A DNA stretch of 64,000 nucleotides from Deltaproteobacteria bacterium (GTDB lineage: Bacteria; Desulfobacterota; DSM-4660; Desulfatiglandales; HGW-15). The position numbers and the translations under genes were made by a program. Below, piece after piece: positions 54,529 through 63,663 of the stretch. The notes below the pieces were generated by a model that had not been told where the DNA came from, did no database searches, and worked only from the letters and a program-made list of their open reading frames with translations. The first letter of the stretch is position 1. Each line of letters begins with the position of its first letter. The stretch lies in NCBI GenBank assembly GCA_019307745.1, contig JAFDJA010000006.1, positions 701 to 64,700 on the forward strand, given 5' to 3'.

Positions 54529-55490
54529 TTCTCATCCTTTTGTAATAAAATAACTTTTTCCTCAATTTCATCCCTGATACCACGCATAAAATCTATCGAC
54601 CTCCCCGCAGGATCGGGCAGATCCCAGTCCTCGACCGGAATTCCCGGCAGATACGGACATGTATCTCCACAGCCCATCTGGATAATAAGATCAGGCCGCC
54701 AGTAATCAAAATCTGAATATGACTTTGGCTTGAGAAAAGCCATGTCTATACCTTTTTCCGCCATTACATCTCGCATGATTGGATTGACCTCTTTGGCAGG
54801 GCTGCTCCCGGCACTCTCAGCCTCGATAATGTGTCCTGAATGAATCTTTGCAAACGCGGCTGCCATCTGGCTCCGGCAGGCATTTTCCCTGCACAGGAAA
54901 AGCACTTTTTTTCTTTTCAGATATGGCAAAAGGAGTTTCTCCGCGTGCTCTTTGGAATCTGAAATAGCGGTCGGATCTTTCCTGACCGCATCGATCCCTT
55001 CCATTCCCCGGCAAGTAATTGATTCCGCAAATTCAGCGCTGATACCGTCAAAAAAATACTTTGCTATTAGATTTATCCCTTGAAACAGATTTTTCCCTTT
55101 GGTAGCACCAGTTGATATGATAATGCCCTTACGCTGCTTCATCCCCGGATCTGTCAGTTTATATATATATTTCCTCGACCACAGGGCCTGAGACCTGTCA
55201 ATAACCGCCTTTATCTGGGCGGAAGGACCATAAAAATATACAGGGGTCGCAACGACAATAATATCAGCCTTTCTGAAAAGGGGGTAAATCTTCTGCATAT
55301 CATCATCAATAGGGCAGAATCCTTTTCTCTCGCAGGTCCCGCATCCACGACATGGTGAAATATCCATATTGGGAATATCAAGACAATGGGTGTCCGCACC
55401 CAGGATTTTTGCCTTTTCAAGAAATGTTGCCATAAGAGTATTGCTGTTACCTCTTGTCCGGAAACTCCCTTTCAGCCCAACAATAAACAT
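54525..55490 (-). CDS. Fusion: iron-sulfur flavoprotein / NADPH-dependent FMN reductase domain plus ArsC-type low-molecular-weight phosphatase domain
   Basis: N-half: GSFRTRGNSNTL flavodoxin-like P-loop and CRGCGTCERKGFC cluster motif. C-half from ~residue 194: VLFLCRENACRSQMA (C-x5-R-S P-loop) and GCGDTCPYLPG. It overlaps the next gene by 4 nt. Confidence 0.75.
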   Translation of the reverse strand: MFIVGLKGSFRTRGNSNTLMATFLEKAKILGADTHCLDIPNMDISPCRGCGTCERKGFCPIDDDMQKIYPLFRKADIIVVATPVYFYGPSAQIKAVIDRSQALWSRKYIYKLTDPGMKQRKGIIISTGATKGKNLFQGINLIAKYFFDGISAEFAESITCRGMEGIDAVRKDPTAISDSKEHAEKLLLPYLKRKKVLFLCRENACRSQMAAAFAKIHSGHIIEAESAGSSPAKEVNPIMRDVMAEKGIDMAFLKPKSYSDFDYWRPDLIIQMGCGDTCPYLPGIPVEDWDLPDPAGRSIDFMRGIRDEIEEKVILLQKDEK

Positions 55491-55716
55491 GATTCATCCC
55501 TTCTTTGAAAAAAATGACTCCTCGATAAATGTATGCGGAGAATAATCGGGCAGTATCTATGAATGAAGGTATGATCTACTGCTTATCCATTATCCTTTAT
55601 TAATCTTATCAGATTATCGAACAGGATACGCAAATTAATAAAGGGGATGAGTTAAAAGAAGATTTGATATGATAAAACCGATGACATATATGGCCGGGGG
55701 TACTCTCCAACATAAA

Positions 55717-56070
55717 TTATACCGCGTCCAATTCACGCTTCAGCCACAATGTAATCTCATCATCAATCCCGTAGATCCCTTTTGAGTATTTACCCCTTAA
55801 GATGGAGCTTCCAACGCTGTCAGGGACTTCGATCTTTGCAAGTTCAACAGCCTCCTCTGAATTACGTCTCACCAGATATAATACCGGCTGCTCCTCCCAG
55901 CAATTCAGGACAAAGTAGTGTATAACATCATCTTTTGATTTAATAAAGGTGCCCCTGGACCAGTTGTTTCCCCACTCAAGGTACAACCGAACCGCCTCTT
56001 CCGGTGTCATAGACCAGTCAATCACATTAACCAGATCCCGGTCCTTTTTCAGATCTTTCAGACCAAGCAT
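55717..56070 (-). CDS. Hypothetical protein
   Basis: Start chosen at MLGLKDLKK (GGAGAAAGGA upstream). It lies 5 nt after the zwf stop. No recognisable domain. Confidence 0.45.
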   Translation of the reverse strand: MLGLKDLKKDRDLVNVIDWSMTPEEAVRLYLEWGNNWSRGTFIKSKDDVIHYFVLNCWEEQPVLYLVRRNSEEAVELAKIEVPDSVGSSILRGKYSKGIYGIDDEITLWLKRELDAV

Positions 56071-56075
56071 AATAG

Positions 56076-57641
56076 CTATCCTTTCTCCTGCCAAATCCTC
56101 TCAATATTATCCGTGCCCCAGGCCCCGGCCGGGTACTTCTTAAGAAGGCCATCCTTGTCGCTACATGTCTCGCACTTCTCCAGTATCGGCGTCAAGAAGG
56201 ACCAGCATAAATCCACACCGTCCTGACGCCAGAAGAGCATGTGATCACCAAGCATACAATCCACAAGCACCTTTTCATAAGAATCAAGAACCGGCCCGTC
56301 ATCATCCTGACGATAATGAAAATCCATTGTAACGGGCCTCAGGCAGACCCTGGTACCAGGTTGTTTTGTCTGAAACGTCAATGTTATCCTCTCTTCAGGA
56401 TAGATCCCCAGGATCAGGCTGTTGGCTGAAATATGTTCACCCAGAGTCCTGCGAAATACAGAATGGGGGACCTCTTTAAACTGTATTTGAATCTCTGTCA
56501 CCTTACTGGAAAGCCTCTTGCCTGACATGAGGTAAAATGGTACCCCCTGCCATCGCCAATTATCCAGAAACAGCTTCATCATGGCAAATGTGGGCACAGA
56601 TGAATCAGGACTTACTCCGGGTTCATCTCTGTAGCCAGGAACTGCCTTACCATTGATTGTCCCTTTAATATATTGACCAAGCATAAGATATTCCTCAATA
56701 CGGTCAGCAGAAAACGGCTTCAGGCTTCTATATACCTTGGTCTTTTCATCTCTCACTCTATCTGGTTCAAAAATGGAAGGCGGTTCCATGGCCGTAAGGG
56801 CCAGGAGCTGCATCATATGGTTTTGAAACATGTCCCTGAGCACTCCTGCCTGCTCATAATATCCGGCCCGATGTTCAACCCCGAGGGTTTCAGCGGCCTT
56901 GATTGTCACATGATCGATGTACTGCCTGCTCCAGACCGGTTCAAAAATAGAATTCGCAAAACGGAACATCAAAATATTCTGGACCGTCTCCTTTGCAAGA
57001 TAGTGATCAATCCTGAAGACCTGGTGCTCCTGAAAATGCTCATGTATAACCCTGTCGAGATCCACAGCAGTTTCCAGGTCTCTTCCAAAAGGCTTTTCAA
57101 CAACCAGCCGAACCCAATTCCCCTCTTGTTCGTCAGCAAGCCCTGCCTGACCAAGCATCTGCGCAGTCTGCCTGTACAAGGATGGAGGTATAGCCAAATA
57201 AAATATCCGGTTTCCTCCGATCCTGTTCTCTCTGTCAAGCTCATCCAGGGTTTTTTTCAGCTCAATAAATGAAGAAAGGTCATTGTAGTCCACAGGGCTG
57301 TAAAAGAGAGATGATGAAAACTTACTCCAAGCGGCCCTGTCCTGCTGGAGGTTATTCAAAGGGCTGTTCTTAATCCTTTCCCTGAATCCCTGACTATCCA
57401 ATTTAGACCTTGCACAGCCCAGTGTGACAAAACGAAGAGGCAGGCTTTTAGTAATATGGAGATTATGGATGGCAGGAATGATCTTCCTGGCTGTCAGATC
57501 ACCTGAAGCACCTATTATTACAAGGATGCAAGGATCAGGCCTCTTTTCAGCCATACAGAACTTCAGATCCTTTTCCGTATTTGATGTAAAAGAAGGAGCG
57601 GCAGTACTGACACTTACATGCTCATCATTCCTGTTCAACAT
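56076..57641 (-). CDS. zwf: Glucose-6-phosphate dehydrogenase
   Basis: GASGDLTARK NADP site and the RIDHYLAKE active-site motif, with typical length. The start is uncertain (ATG 57641 chosen; GTG 57683 and ATG 57554 are also possible). Confidence 0.9.
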   Translation of the reverse strand: MLNRNDEHVSVSTAAPSFTSNTEKDLKFCMAEKRPDPCILVIIGASGDLTARKIIPAIHNLHITKSLPLRFVTLGCARSKLDSQGFRERIKNSPLNNLQQDRAAWSKFSSSLFYSPVDYNDLSSFIELKKTLDELDRENRIGGNRIFYLAIPPSLYRQTAQMLGQAGLADEQEGNWVRLVVEKPFGRDLETAVDLDRVIHEHFQEHQVFRIDHYLAKETVQNILMFRFANSIFEPVWSRQYIDHVTIKAAETLGVEHRAGYYEQAGVLRDMFQNHMMQLLALTAMEPPSIFEPDRVRDEKTKVYRSLKPFSADRIEEYLMLGQYIKGTINGKAVPGYRDEPGVSPDSSVPTFAMMKLFLDNWRWQGVPFYLMSGKRLSSKVTEIQIQFKEVPHSVFRRTLGEHISANSLILGIYPEERITLTFQTKQPGTRVCLRPVTMDFHYRQDDDGPVLDSYEKVLVDCMLGDHMLFWRQDGVDLCWSFLTPILEKCETCSDKDGLLKKYPAGAWGTDNIERIWQEKG

Positions 57642-57711
57642 AAAGCCCTCTGAATTCTCGCTATTGCGAATGGGAAAAAACACCTTTTTAAACAGAATTT
57701 AAGGTTTCCTG

Positions 57712-58215
57712 CTATCTTACGGAAACAAGCCTGCTACTCAACAATCTTATATGTTTCATCTCCTCGTCTATTATATGATCAATCCTTTCTTTTCCTGAGT
57801 TCTCAAGAATCAGCCCCTTCATACCGGAATAGAATACAATAGATTCCTTTTCCAGACCAATGGCCTTTTTAAGCACCTTAACCATCCTTTGACTTTCCGG
57901 CAGCAGCTCGATAGAGGCGAACTCCGCTTCCTGCTTGCTGTCAAAAACGCGGAGATCGGCCAGCGCCTTCATATATAAGGCGGATTCGTCTTCAGGATCA
58001 AAAACCAGAGGTTCTCTTTCCTTGCCGCGTAACTCAGAACGCATGGCCGCAAAGACCCTCTCGTGTCCTAACTCCATATCAGCCAGTTCAATAAAAAATT
58101 TATGGGTATCATCTCCGGAAATCATCTCCGCCACTCTTCGGTAGAATGCCCCTCCGTTTCTTTCTATCTGTTCAGCAATCTCAAATATTTCATCAGCATT
58201 AAAACCGTACCCCAT
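57712..58215 (-). CDS. Ferritin-like / rubrerythrin-family diiron four-helix-bundle protein
   Basis: 167 aa. Two E-x-x-H-type sites (MELGHERVF, EEMKHIRLL) in a helical repeat. AAGGAG lies upstream. Confidence 0.65.
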   Translation of the reverse strand: MGYGFNADEIFEIAEQIERNGGAFYRRVAEMISGDDTHKFFIELADMELGHERVFAAMRSELRGKEREPLVFDPEDESALYMKALADLRVFDSKQEAEFASIELLPESQRMVKVLKKAIGLEKESIVFYSGMKGLILENSGKERIDHIIDEEMKHIRLLSSRLVSVR

Positions 58216-58278
58216 AGCTAACTCCTTTGTCTGTTAATAATCCGGATCTTAAAATAATCATCTGCCGCGGGGTATGGA

Positions 58279-59457
58279 TCAAAGGATCTCAGAAATCCGA
58301 TCCCTTGTTCCATCAGCATCCGGTTCCTCGTTCATAATTTTTGTGACTTGATTAAACCCTTTTGTATTACCCAGCATAATGCATCCGATAACCCTTCCAC
58401 CATCAAATACCGCCTTCCTGTAAATCTTTTCATCGGAACTAATCATTGACTCAAACTTGTCATCCGCATCAATTTCTCCTGCTGAAGCAAGATCAATACC
58501 TGCAACCTTAAGGGTGTTGGCCATTGCAGTTCCACCATACTCGATGCTTCCCCCTGACATATTAATCCCGGCTATTTTTCCCTGGTCCATGGCGGCAGGC
58601 CATATGCCGTAAAGCCTGCCGTCGGACTCTGTCACATCCCCCGCGGCATAAACACCAGGAGTTTCCGTCCTCATATGTCCATCCACTATTATCCCCTTAT
58701 CACACTTAATATCCCCTGACAGGGCGAGGGCTTTATTGGGTCGCACTCCCGCTGAGATGATGACCATCTCACCTTCAAGAAAGTCTCCTCCCTTTAATAC
58801 TACTCCGCCAGTATGATCTTCTGCTGTTATTTCTTCTGTAACGGCATCCAGCCTGAAAGAAAATCCCATATCCTCCATAATGGCCTTTAGCCTGGCTGCA
58901 CCCTCCTTATCCAGCTGGCGGGGTAAAAGCCTTGGAAAAAATTCAATTACTGTCACATGCTTTCCAAGCCTGCGAAGCGCATTACCTGCCTCAAGTCCCA
59001 AAAGACCTCCGCCTATGAGAATCACTTTCTGAATCTTGGCTGCAAATGAAATAATATCGCGACCATCCTGCATGTTCCTAAGGGCAAAAACACCTTGTTT
59101 ATCCGCCCCTTTTATGGGAGGGATAAATGAGCTGCTTCCCGTGGCGATAAGCAGGGCATCATAAACCAGTTTCTCTTTATCTGAGGTTATCACTACCCTT
59201 TTATCCGGCCTGATTTCAGAGACCCGTGTATTCAGATTCAGAGAAATGGCCTGATCCCTGTACCATTGCTCCTTTTTTATTTGAAGATCCTGTTCAGTGA
59301 TATCTCCGGCTATATACTCGTTCAGCCTGATCCTGGAGTAAAATGGCAGATCCTCCTCCGTAATAATTGTAATGTCTCCATCCTTATCCTGTTTACGTAT
59401 ATTCTCCGCCGCGGTAGTACCTGCCACACCATTTCCTATTATTAAATATCTGATCAT
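58279..59457 (-). CDS. FAD-dependent pyridine nucleotide-disulfide oxidoreductase family (NADH:rubredoxin oxidoreductase-like)
   Basis: IIGNGVAGTTAA FAD fold, second GGGLLGLE NAD fold, and the AAGDV motif. GAGGAG lies upstream. Confidence 0.85.
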   Translation of the reverse strand: MIRYLIIGNGVAGTTAAENIRKQDKDGDITIITEEDLPFYSRIRLNEYIAGDITEQDLQIKKEQWYRDQAISLNLNTRVSEIRPDKRVVITSDKEKLVYDALLIATGSSSFIPPIKGADKQGVFALRNMQDGRDIISFAAKIQKVILIGGGLLGLEAGNALRRLGKHVTVIEFFPRLLPRQLDKEGAARLKAIMEDMGFSFRLDAVTEEITAEDHTGGVVLKGGDFLEGEMVIISAGVRPNKALALSGDIKCDKGIIVDGHMRTETPGVYAAGDVTESDGRLYGIWPAAMDQGKIAGINMSGGSIEYGGTAMANTLKVAGIDLASAGEIDADDKFESMISSDEKIYRKAVFDGGRVIGCIMLGNTKGFNQVTKIMNEEPDADGTRDRISEIL

Positions 59458-59529
59458 AAGCTCCTCATCAGTGGTTATCCGAACATCATTAATATTCCGT
59501 TTAAAACAAGCAGGTTTTGTCTGAAAATC

Positions 59530-60198
59530 CTAATGGCTGAGATCTCTTATCCTGTATGTCTGAAGTCTCCTGTGAGCATATATCTGTATCTCCCTATCAT
59601 CATGTTTAAATATATCTATCCTCTTTCTGAACCTGTTTCTGTCAAGTTTATTGAGAACCCATACCGCGTGTCCCAGAACAGAGGCATCACCGGATTCCAG
59701 AAACGGGACAATAAGATCCGTGTAAGGCTCAACAAGAGATGGTCGTTCCTGGGCTAATCGTCCAATCCCCCATAGCACACCTCTCTGCATTATTGGATCT
59801 TCCTGAAAATTACCATCACTGCGCGCGTAGGATAGGAGCATATGAGAATACTCGTCTGCAAGCCCTTTATGACTTGCTAGACTTTCGCCCATTGCTTCAG
59901 CTGAACCCCATCCAATCCCTCCTGATTCGTCATTAAGGTTCCACATAAAACGGCGTATTACATTTCTGGCGGATTCAATGTCTTCATCTGCCAGGAATGA
60001 TACCGTGGTTCCCATGGCCGTAACTCCGTGCCATTTTATTTCAGGATCAGTACTGTAAAGAAACGAAAAAAGCGCGTTAATAACAGGCAGGTTGGGCAGA
60101 CGCCTCAACTCCTTAAGCATTCGCGCCACATCATCCTGTCCAAGCAGCTCCGCTATTTGAGGCCTGAGCCCTCTTGCCGACAATACTGCCCTTTCCAC
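59530..60198 (-). CDS. HEAT-repeat-like hypothetical protein (resembles the family named after DVU0298)
   Basis: Helical-repeat sequence (INALFSFLYSTDPEIKWHGVTAMG...NDESGGIGWGSAEAMGE). The start is uncertain: GTG 60198 was chosen so as not to overlap the ferredoxin gene, while the track ORF extends to 60291. Confidence 0.4.
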   Translation of the reverse strand: MERAVLSARGLRPQIAELLGQDDVARMLKELRRLPNLPVINALFSFLYSTDPEIKWHGVTAMGTTVSFLADEDIESARNVIRRFMWNLNDESGGIGWGSAEAMGESLASHKGLADEYSHMLLSYARSDGNFQEDPIMQRGVLWGIGRLAQERPSLVEPYTDLIVPFLESGDASVLGHAVWVLNKLDRNRFRKRIDIFKHDDREIQIYAHRRLQTYRIRDLSH

Positions 60199-60214
60199 AC
60201 CTCTTCCCTCACAA

Positions 60215-60427
60215 TCACACCTCTTCCATGGTAATACAGTCCTCGGGACACATATGTATGGCCTCTTGCACTGATGCATAATCACATTCATCCTGCATCA
60301 CCACTTCAATAACCCCTGACTCCATATTTCTTACAAACATTTCAGGACATACTGCAATGCAGGATCCACAGTCATTGCATTTGATAGCATCAATCGTTAT
60401 TTCCCTGCACATTTTTTCTCTTTCCAT
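60215..60427 (-). CDS. Small single-cluster ferredoxin
   Basis: CNDCGSCIAVCP motif plus a distal CP (HMCPEDC), typical of [3Fe-4S]/[4Fe-4S] monocluster ferredoxins. An alternative ATG lies at 60412. Confidence 0.7.
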   Translation of the reverse strand: MEREKMCREITIDAIKCNDCGSCIAVCPEMFVRNMESGVIEVVMQDECDYASVQEAIHMCPEDCITMEEV

Positions 60428-60706
60428 TCAATATATTGGCCATAAGTGAAGCTAGTATTAAGCTCAGATTTCTTGTTATTAGTATGCTGGGAAAGGCAAC
60501 CGCGACAGCGTATTTTACTACACGTTTGACACTGAACGCAATCGGGGCATTTCCCCCTGGCGGGGCACTCTGTTAATATTTCAGTTTGAACTGGCATAAA
60601 AGTTGTTTAGACATTACTCCTCGAAAAGACAAATTTCTATAAATATCAAGATAAGGCTTTCATTGCCTTACTTCGATAATTGGGGCAAGATTCAATTATC
60701 AAAATT

Positions 60707-61894
60707 CTATGCAGGAATAGCGTGAGCAATCTTTTTCGCGAATTCCTGACATGCTTCTATTCCAGTTTTGTCCGGAACATACTTCACCCTCAAGCCAGGA
60801 TCAACAATATCAAATCCCATTGTCTCAAAGTGCGAATTAATTGTCTTCACAGCTTCACCACTCCAACCATAGGATCCAAATGCCGCTGCTATCTTTTTTG
60901 CTGGCTTTAGTCCTTCCATGTATGTCAGAAAGCTACCAATTGATGGAAAGATATGGTTGTTAAGGGTTGGAGATCCAATGATGATGGCAGCAGTATCAAG
61001 AACTTCTGTTATAATGTCACTTTTGTGGCACCTTCTCAAATGCATTGGTTTTGCATCAACGCCTTCAAGCGCCAGGGTATCAGCAATTGCCTTTGCCATG
61101 GTTTCTGTGCTTCTCCACATTGTATCATATATTACAATCGCCTTTCTTTTGGGTACTTGTTTGCTCCACTCAACATATGCATTAATTATTTTTGAAGGAT
61201 CTTTTCTCCATATGATGCCATGGTCAGGACAAATCATTTCTATTTGAAGGCCCATCTCAGTAACTTTTTCCACAAGTTTCACAATCAATGGAGAATAAAG
61301 AAGAAGGATATTCGCAAAATACTTGCGCGCATGGTGCATGATATCATGATCATCAATTTCATCATCAAAATTTTCATAGCCGGCATAGTGCTGCCCAAAG
61401 GCATCACTTGAGAATAATATTTTATCTCCATTCACATAAGTAAACATGCTGTCAGGCCAGTGAAGCATTCTGGTTTCTAAAAAAGTGAGGGTTCGCTTGC
61501 CAATTTTTAATTCACCGCCATTTTCAACCGGCTGATAATTTAAGCCCTGCCTGAAATGATCTGCCAGATTCTTATTCCCCATCTTTGAGCAATACACAGG
61601 CTTTCCTTCTCCAATCTTATGCATCACCCTTGGGAGACCGCCAGAATGGTCCATCTCCGTATGATTACTAATTACATAGTCTATTTTTTTGGGATCCACA
61701 ATCTGACTGATGTTATTTAGTAATTCATCAACAAACTCTCTTTTTACCGTGTCAATCAAGGTAATCTTTTCGTCCATAATCAAATAAGCATTATATGTTG
61801 TCCCACTCCAAGTTGAATAACCATGAAAATCTCTTATGTTCCAATCAATAACTCCAACATTATATATACCTTCTGCTATCTTAGTTGGCCCCAT
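60707..61894 (-). CDS. roo: Flavodiiron protein (rubredoxin:oxygen oxidoreductase ROO / FprA class A)
   Basis: Start chosen at MGPTKIAEGIYNVG (GGAGGAG upstream). MBL-like diiron domain (HTEMDHSG), then a C-terminal flavodoxin domain (IVIYDTMWRSTE...GSPTLNN). Confidence 0.9.
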   Translation of the reverse strand: MGPTKIAEGIYNVGVIDWNIRDFHGYSTWSGTTYNAYLIMDEKITLIDTVKREFVDELLNNISQIVDPKKIDYVISNHTEMDHSGGLPRVMHKIGEGKPVYCSKMGNKNLADHFRQGLNYQPVENGGELKIGKRTLTFLETRMLHWPDSMFTYVNGDKILFSSDAFGQHYAGYENFDDEIDDHDIMHHARKYFANILLLYSPLIVKLVEKVTEMGLQIEMICPDHGIIWRKDPSKIINAYVEWSKQVPKRKAIVIYDTMWRSTETMAKAIADTLALEGVDAKPMHLRRCHKSDIITEVLDTAAIIIGSPTLNNHIFPSIGSFLTYMEGLKPAKKIAAAFGSYGWSGEAVKTINSHFETMGFDIVDPGLRVKYVPDKTGIEACQEFAKKIAHAIPA

Positions 61895-61934
61895 ATCTCT
61901 TCTCCTCCGACTTTTTCCATTAACCATATAATTC

Positions 61935-63029
61935 TTAGTGTACGTTGCTAATTGCCATGGTGATCTTAAAGGTCGTTCCTTTGCCCTCTTTTGCTTTAAA
62001 TGTCAGAGATCCGTTATCATGACCTTCGATAATCCTCTTGGAAATACTCAACCCCAATCCTGTGCCCAAACTCTTTGTGGTAAAAAAGGGGCTGAATACC
62101 CTGTCATAATCTGATTCAGATATCCCACTGCCATCATCTTCAACCAGGATCTCGACATTCCCATTTCGTCGGATTATGCTCACCCTTAAGGTTCCTCCCT
62201 TTTCCATTGCCTCAATGGAATTTTTCATGAGGTTCAGGAATACCTGTTTCAGCTTATCTCTGTCCCCCCGAACATTTATAACTTCATTCTCATTTTTTTC
62301 CTCAAACTCAAACCTGATATTCCTGCCACGGCAGTCTTCCTCCGCAACCCTGCAGGTCTCCCGCAGCAGATTGCTGATATCTATTACTTCAGATGCCAAC
62401 TTCTTAGGCAAATAATAATCCCCAAGTTCCTTCAAAAGTATTTCAAGCCTGGATATCTCTTTTTCAATTATCTGAAGCTTTTTCCTGCTCTTTTTATCAC
62501 TGATCTGGTTTAAAAGCTGCCTGGCGAATCCGCCTATCATCATAAGAGGATTCTTGATCTCATGAGTAATCTCTGCAACAAATTGGCCAAGCGCGGCAAG
62601 ACGCTCCGCACTTTTTATCTGATCCAGGAGTAATTTGGTGTCCGATAGATCCCTCACTATTCCCGTAAAGTAAGGTTCTCCGTCCACAACGCTTTCGGAA
62701 AAGGAGATCTCCGTATGGAATTTTTCACCGTTTTTGCGTTCAGCAACCAACTCCAACGCGTGGCCAATAAACTTACCATTGCCTGTTTTTATATATTTTT
62801 TCACAGCACCACGATGATCCGGGCTGCACCCCGGGGAGAGTATGACATCAAGGTCATGACCCAGTACTTCCTCGCGGCTGCGGCCAAATATCTTCTCTGC
62901 CGCCTTGTTAAAAAATACAACTCTATGATTTCTGTCTATAGTTACGAAGCCCTCGTTTGTATTTTGCATGGCACTTTTAATAATTACGGCTTCCATATCA
63001 TTCATACGAGGGCAGTCGATTTCAGTCAT
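61935..63029 (-). CDS. PAS domain sensor histidine kinase (cytoplasmic)
   Basis: PAS (VTIDRNHRVVFFNKAAEKIFG), H-box VAEITHEIKNPL, and N/G boxes (DDGSGI, GTGLGLS). No TM segments. Confidence 0.9.
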   Translation of the reverse strand: MTEIDCPRMNDMEAVIIKSAMQNTNEGFVTIDRNHRVVFFNKAAEKIFGRSREEVLGHDLDVILSPGCSPDHRGAVKKYIKTGNGKFIGHALELVAERKNGEKFHTEISFSESVVDGEPYFTGIVRDLSDTKLLLDQIKSAERLAALGQFVAEITHEIKNPLMMIGGFARQLLNQISDKKSRKKLQIIEKEISRLEILLKELGDYYLPKKLASEVIDISNLLRETCRVAEEDCRGRNIRFEFEEKNENEVINVRGDRDKLKQVFLNLMKNSIEAMEKGGTLRVSIIRRNGNVEILVEDDGSGISESDYDRVFSPFFTTKSLGTGLGLSISKRIIEGHDNGSLTFKAKEGKGTTFKITMAISNVH

Positions 63030-63191
63030 TTATGCCACTGCCTCAAACAGATCCTTTGTGGCTCCGCATAAAGGACACACCCAGTCTTCCGGCAGATCAT
63101 CAAACGCCGTGCCAGCATCAATTCCATTATCAGGATCACCCTCTTCAGGATCATAAACATAACCACATACTGTACATTCATACTTGCCCAT
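63030..63191 (-). CDS. rub: Rubredoxin (53 aa, absent from the ORF track because it is under 60 aa)
   Basis: My own translation gives [53 protein letters not shown]. The CxxCG...CPxCG motifs are canonical. GGAGGA lies 7 nt upstream. Its stop TAA abuts the kinase ATG. Confidence 0.92.
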   Translation of the reverse strand: MGKYECTVCGYVYDPEEGDPDNGIDAGTAFDDLPEDWVCPLCGATKDLFEAVA

Positions 63192-63208
63192 ACATTCATC
63201 CTCCTTTT

Positions 63209-63661
63209 TTAATGTGATTGATTAAAAGTCTTCCTATTGTAATATTTTACGCTTTCAGGGAGATACATGTTTATCTCCTCAAATTCCCTTTCTGTGATCG
63301 GCCGGAAGTGAACAGAAAACTGTACTTCAGAACCGATCCTTGTTATTGGATCAAAGAGGACTATATCGATCTGACCCGGCTTACCCGGGTAATATTCCAC
63401 CCATAAAATCCTCTTCATCTCAAGATGAAAATCCCTGCACACTGCCTTTGCAAAATCCTGATAATGGCTTTTGACAGAATAACCTTCACCAGTCTCGGCA
63501 GTAAGTACCAGAACAGGTTTGGCCAGTACAACATTTTTTTGTGACGCAACATTAGAGCGATCAATAATTTTAAGCATGCAGGAGCCTGGCCACCAGCTGA
63601 TAGGTGTATGTTCATCCTCCTTTTTTCCATTCCAGCTGTACTTTCCGTCATAGATTATCAT
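63209..63661 (-). CDS. Hypothetical protein
   Basis: 150 aa from ATG 63661 (the track start is TTG 63667). It begins 2 nt after the cooS stop. No recognisable domain. Confidence 0.45.
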   Translation of the reverse strand: MIIYDGKYSWNGKKEDEHTPISWWPGSCMLKIIDRSNVASQKNVVLAKPVLVLTAETGEGYSVKSHYQDFAKAVCRDFHLEMKRILWVEYYPGKPGQIDIVLFDPITRIGSEVQFSVHFRPITEREFEEINMYLPESVKYYNRKTFNQSH

Positions 63662-63663
63662 TT

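Noticed and set aside
60397-60597. 66-aa Cys-rich ORF (CPARGKCPDCVQCQTCSKIRCRGC) between roo and the ferredoxin gene
   Set aside because: - The cysteine pattern is attractive, but no Shine-Dalgarno sequence lies within 5-12 nt of the ATG.
- The ORF overlaps the ferredoxin gene start by 16-31 nt in another frame.
- The second half has no protein-like features.

It could be rescued only by ribosome profiling or conservation evidence.
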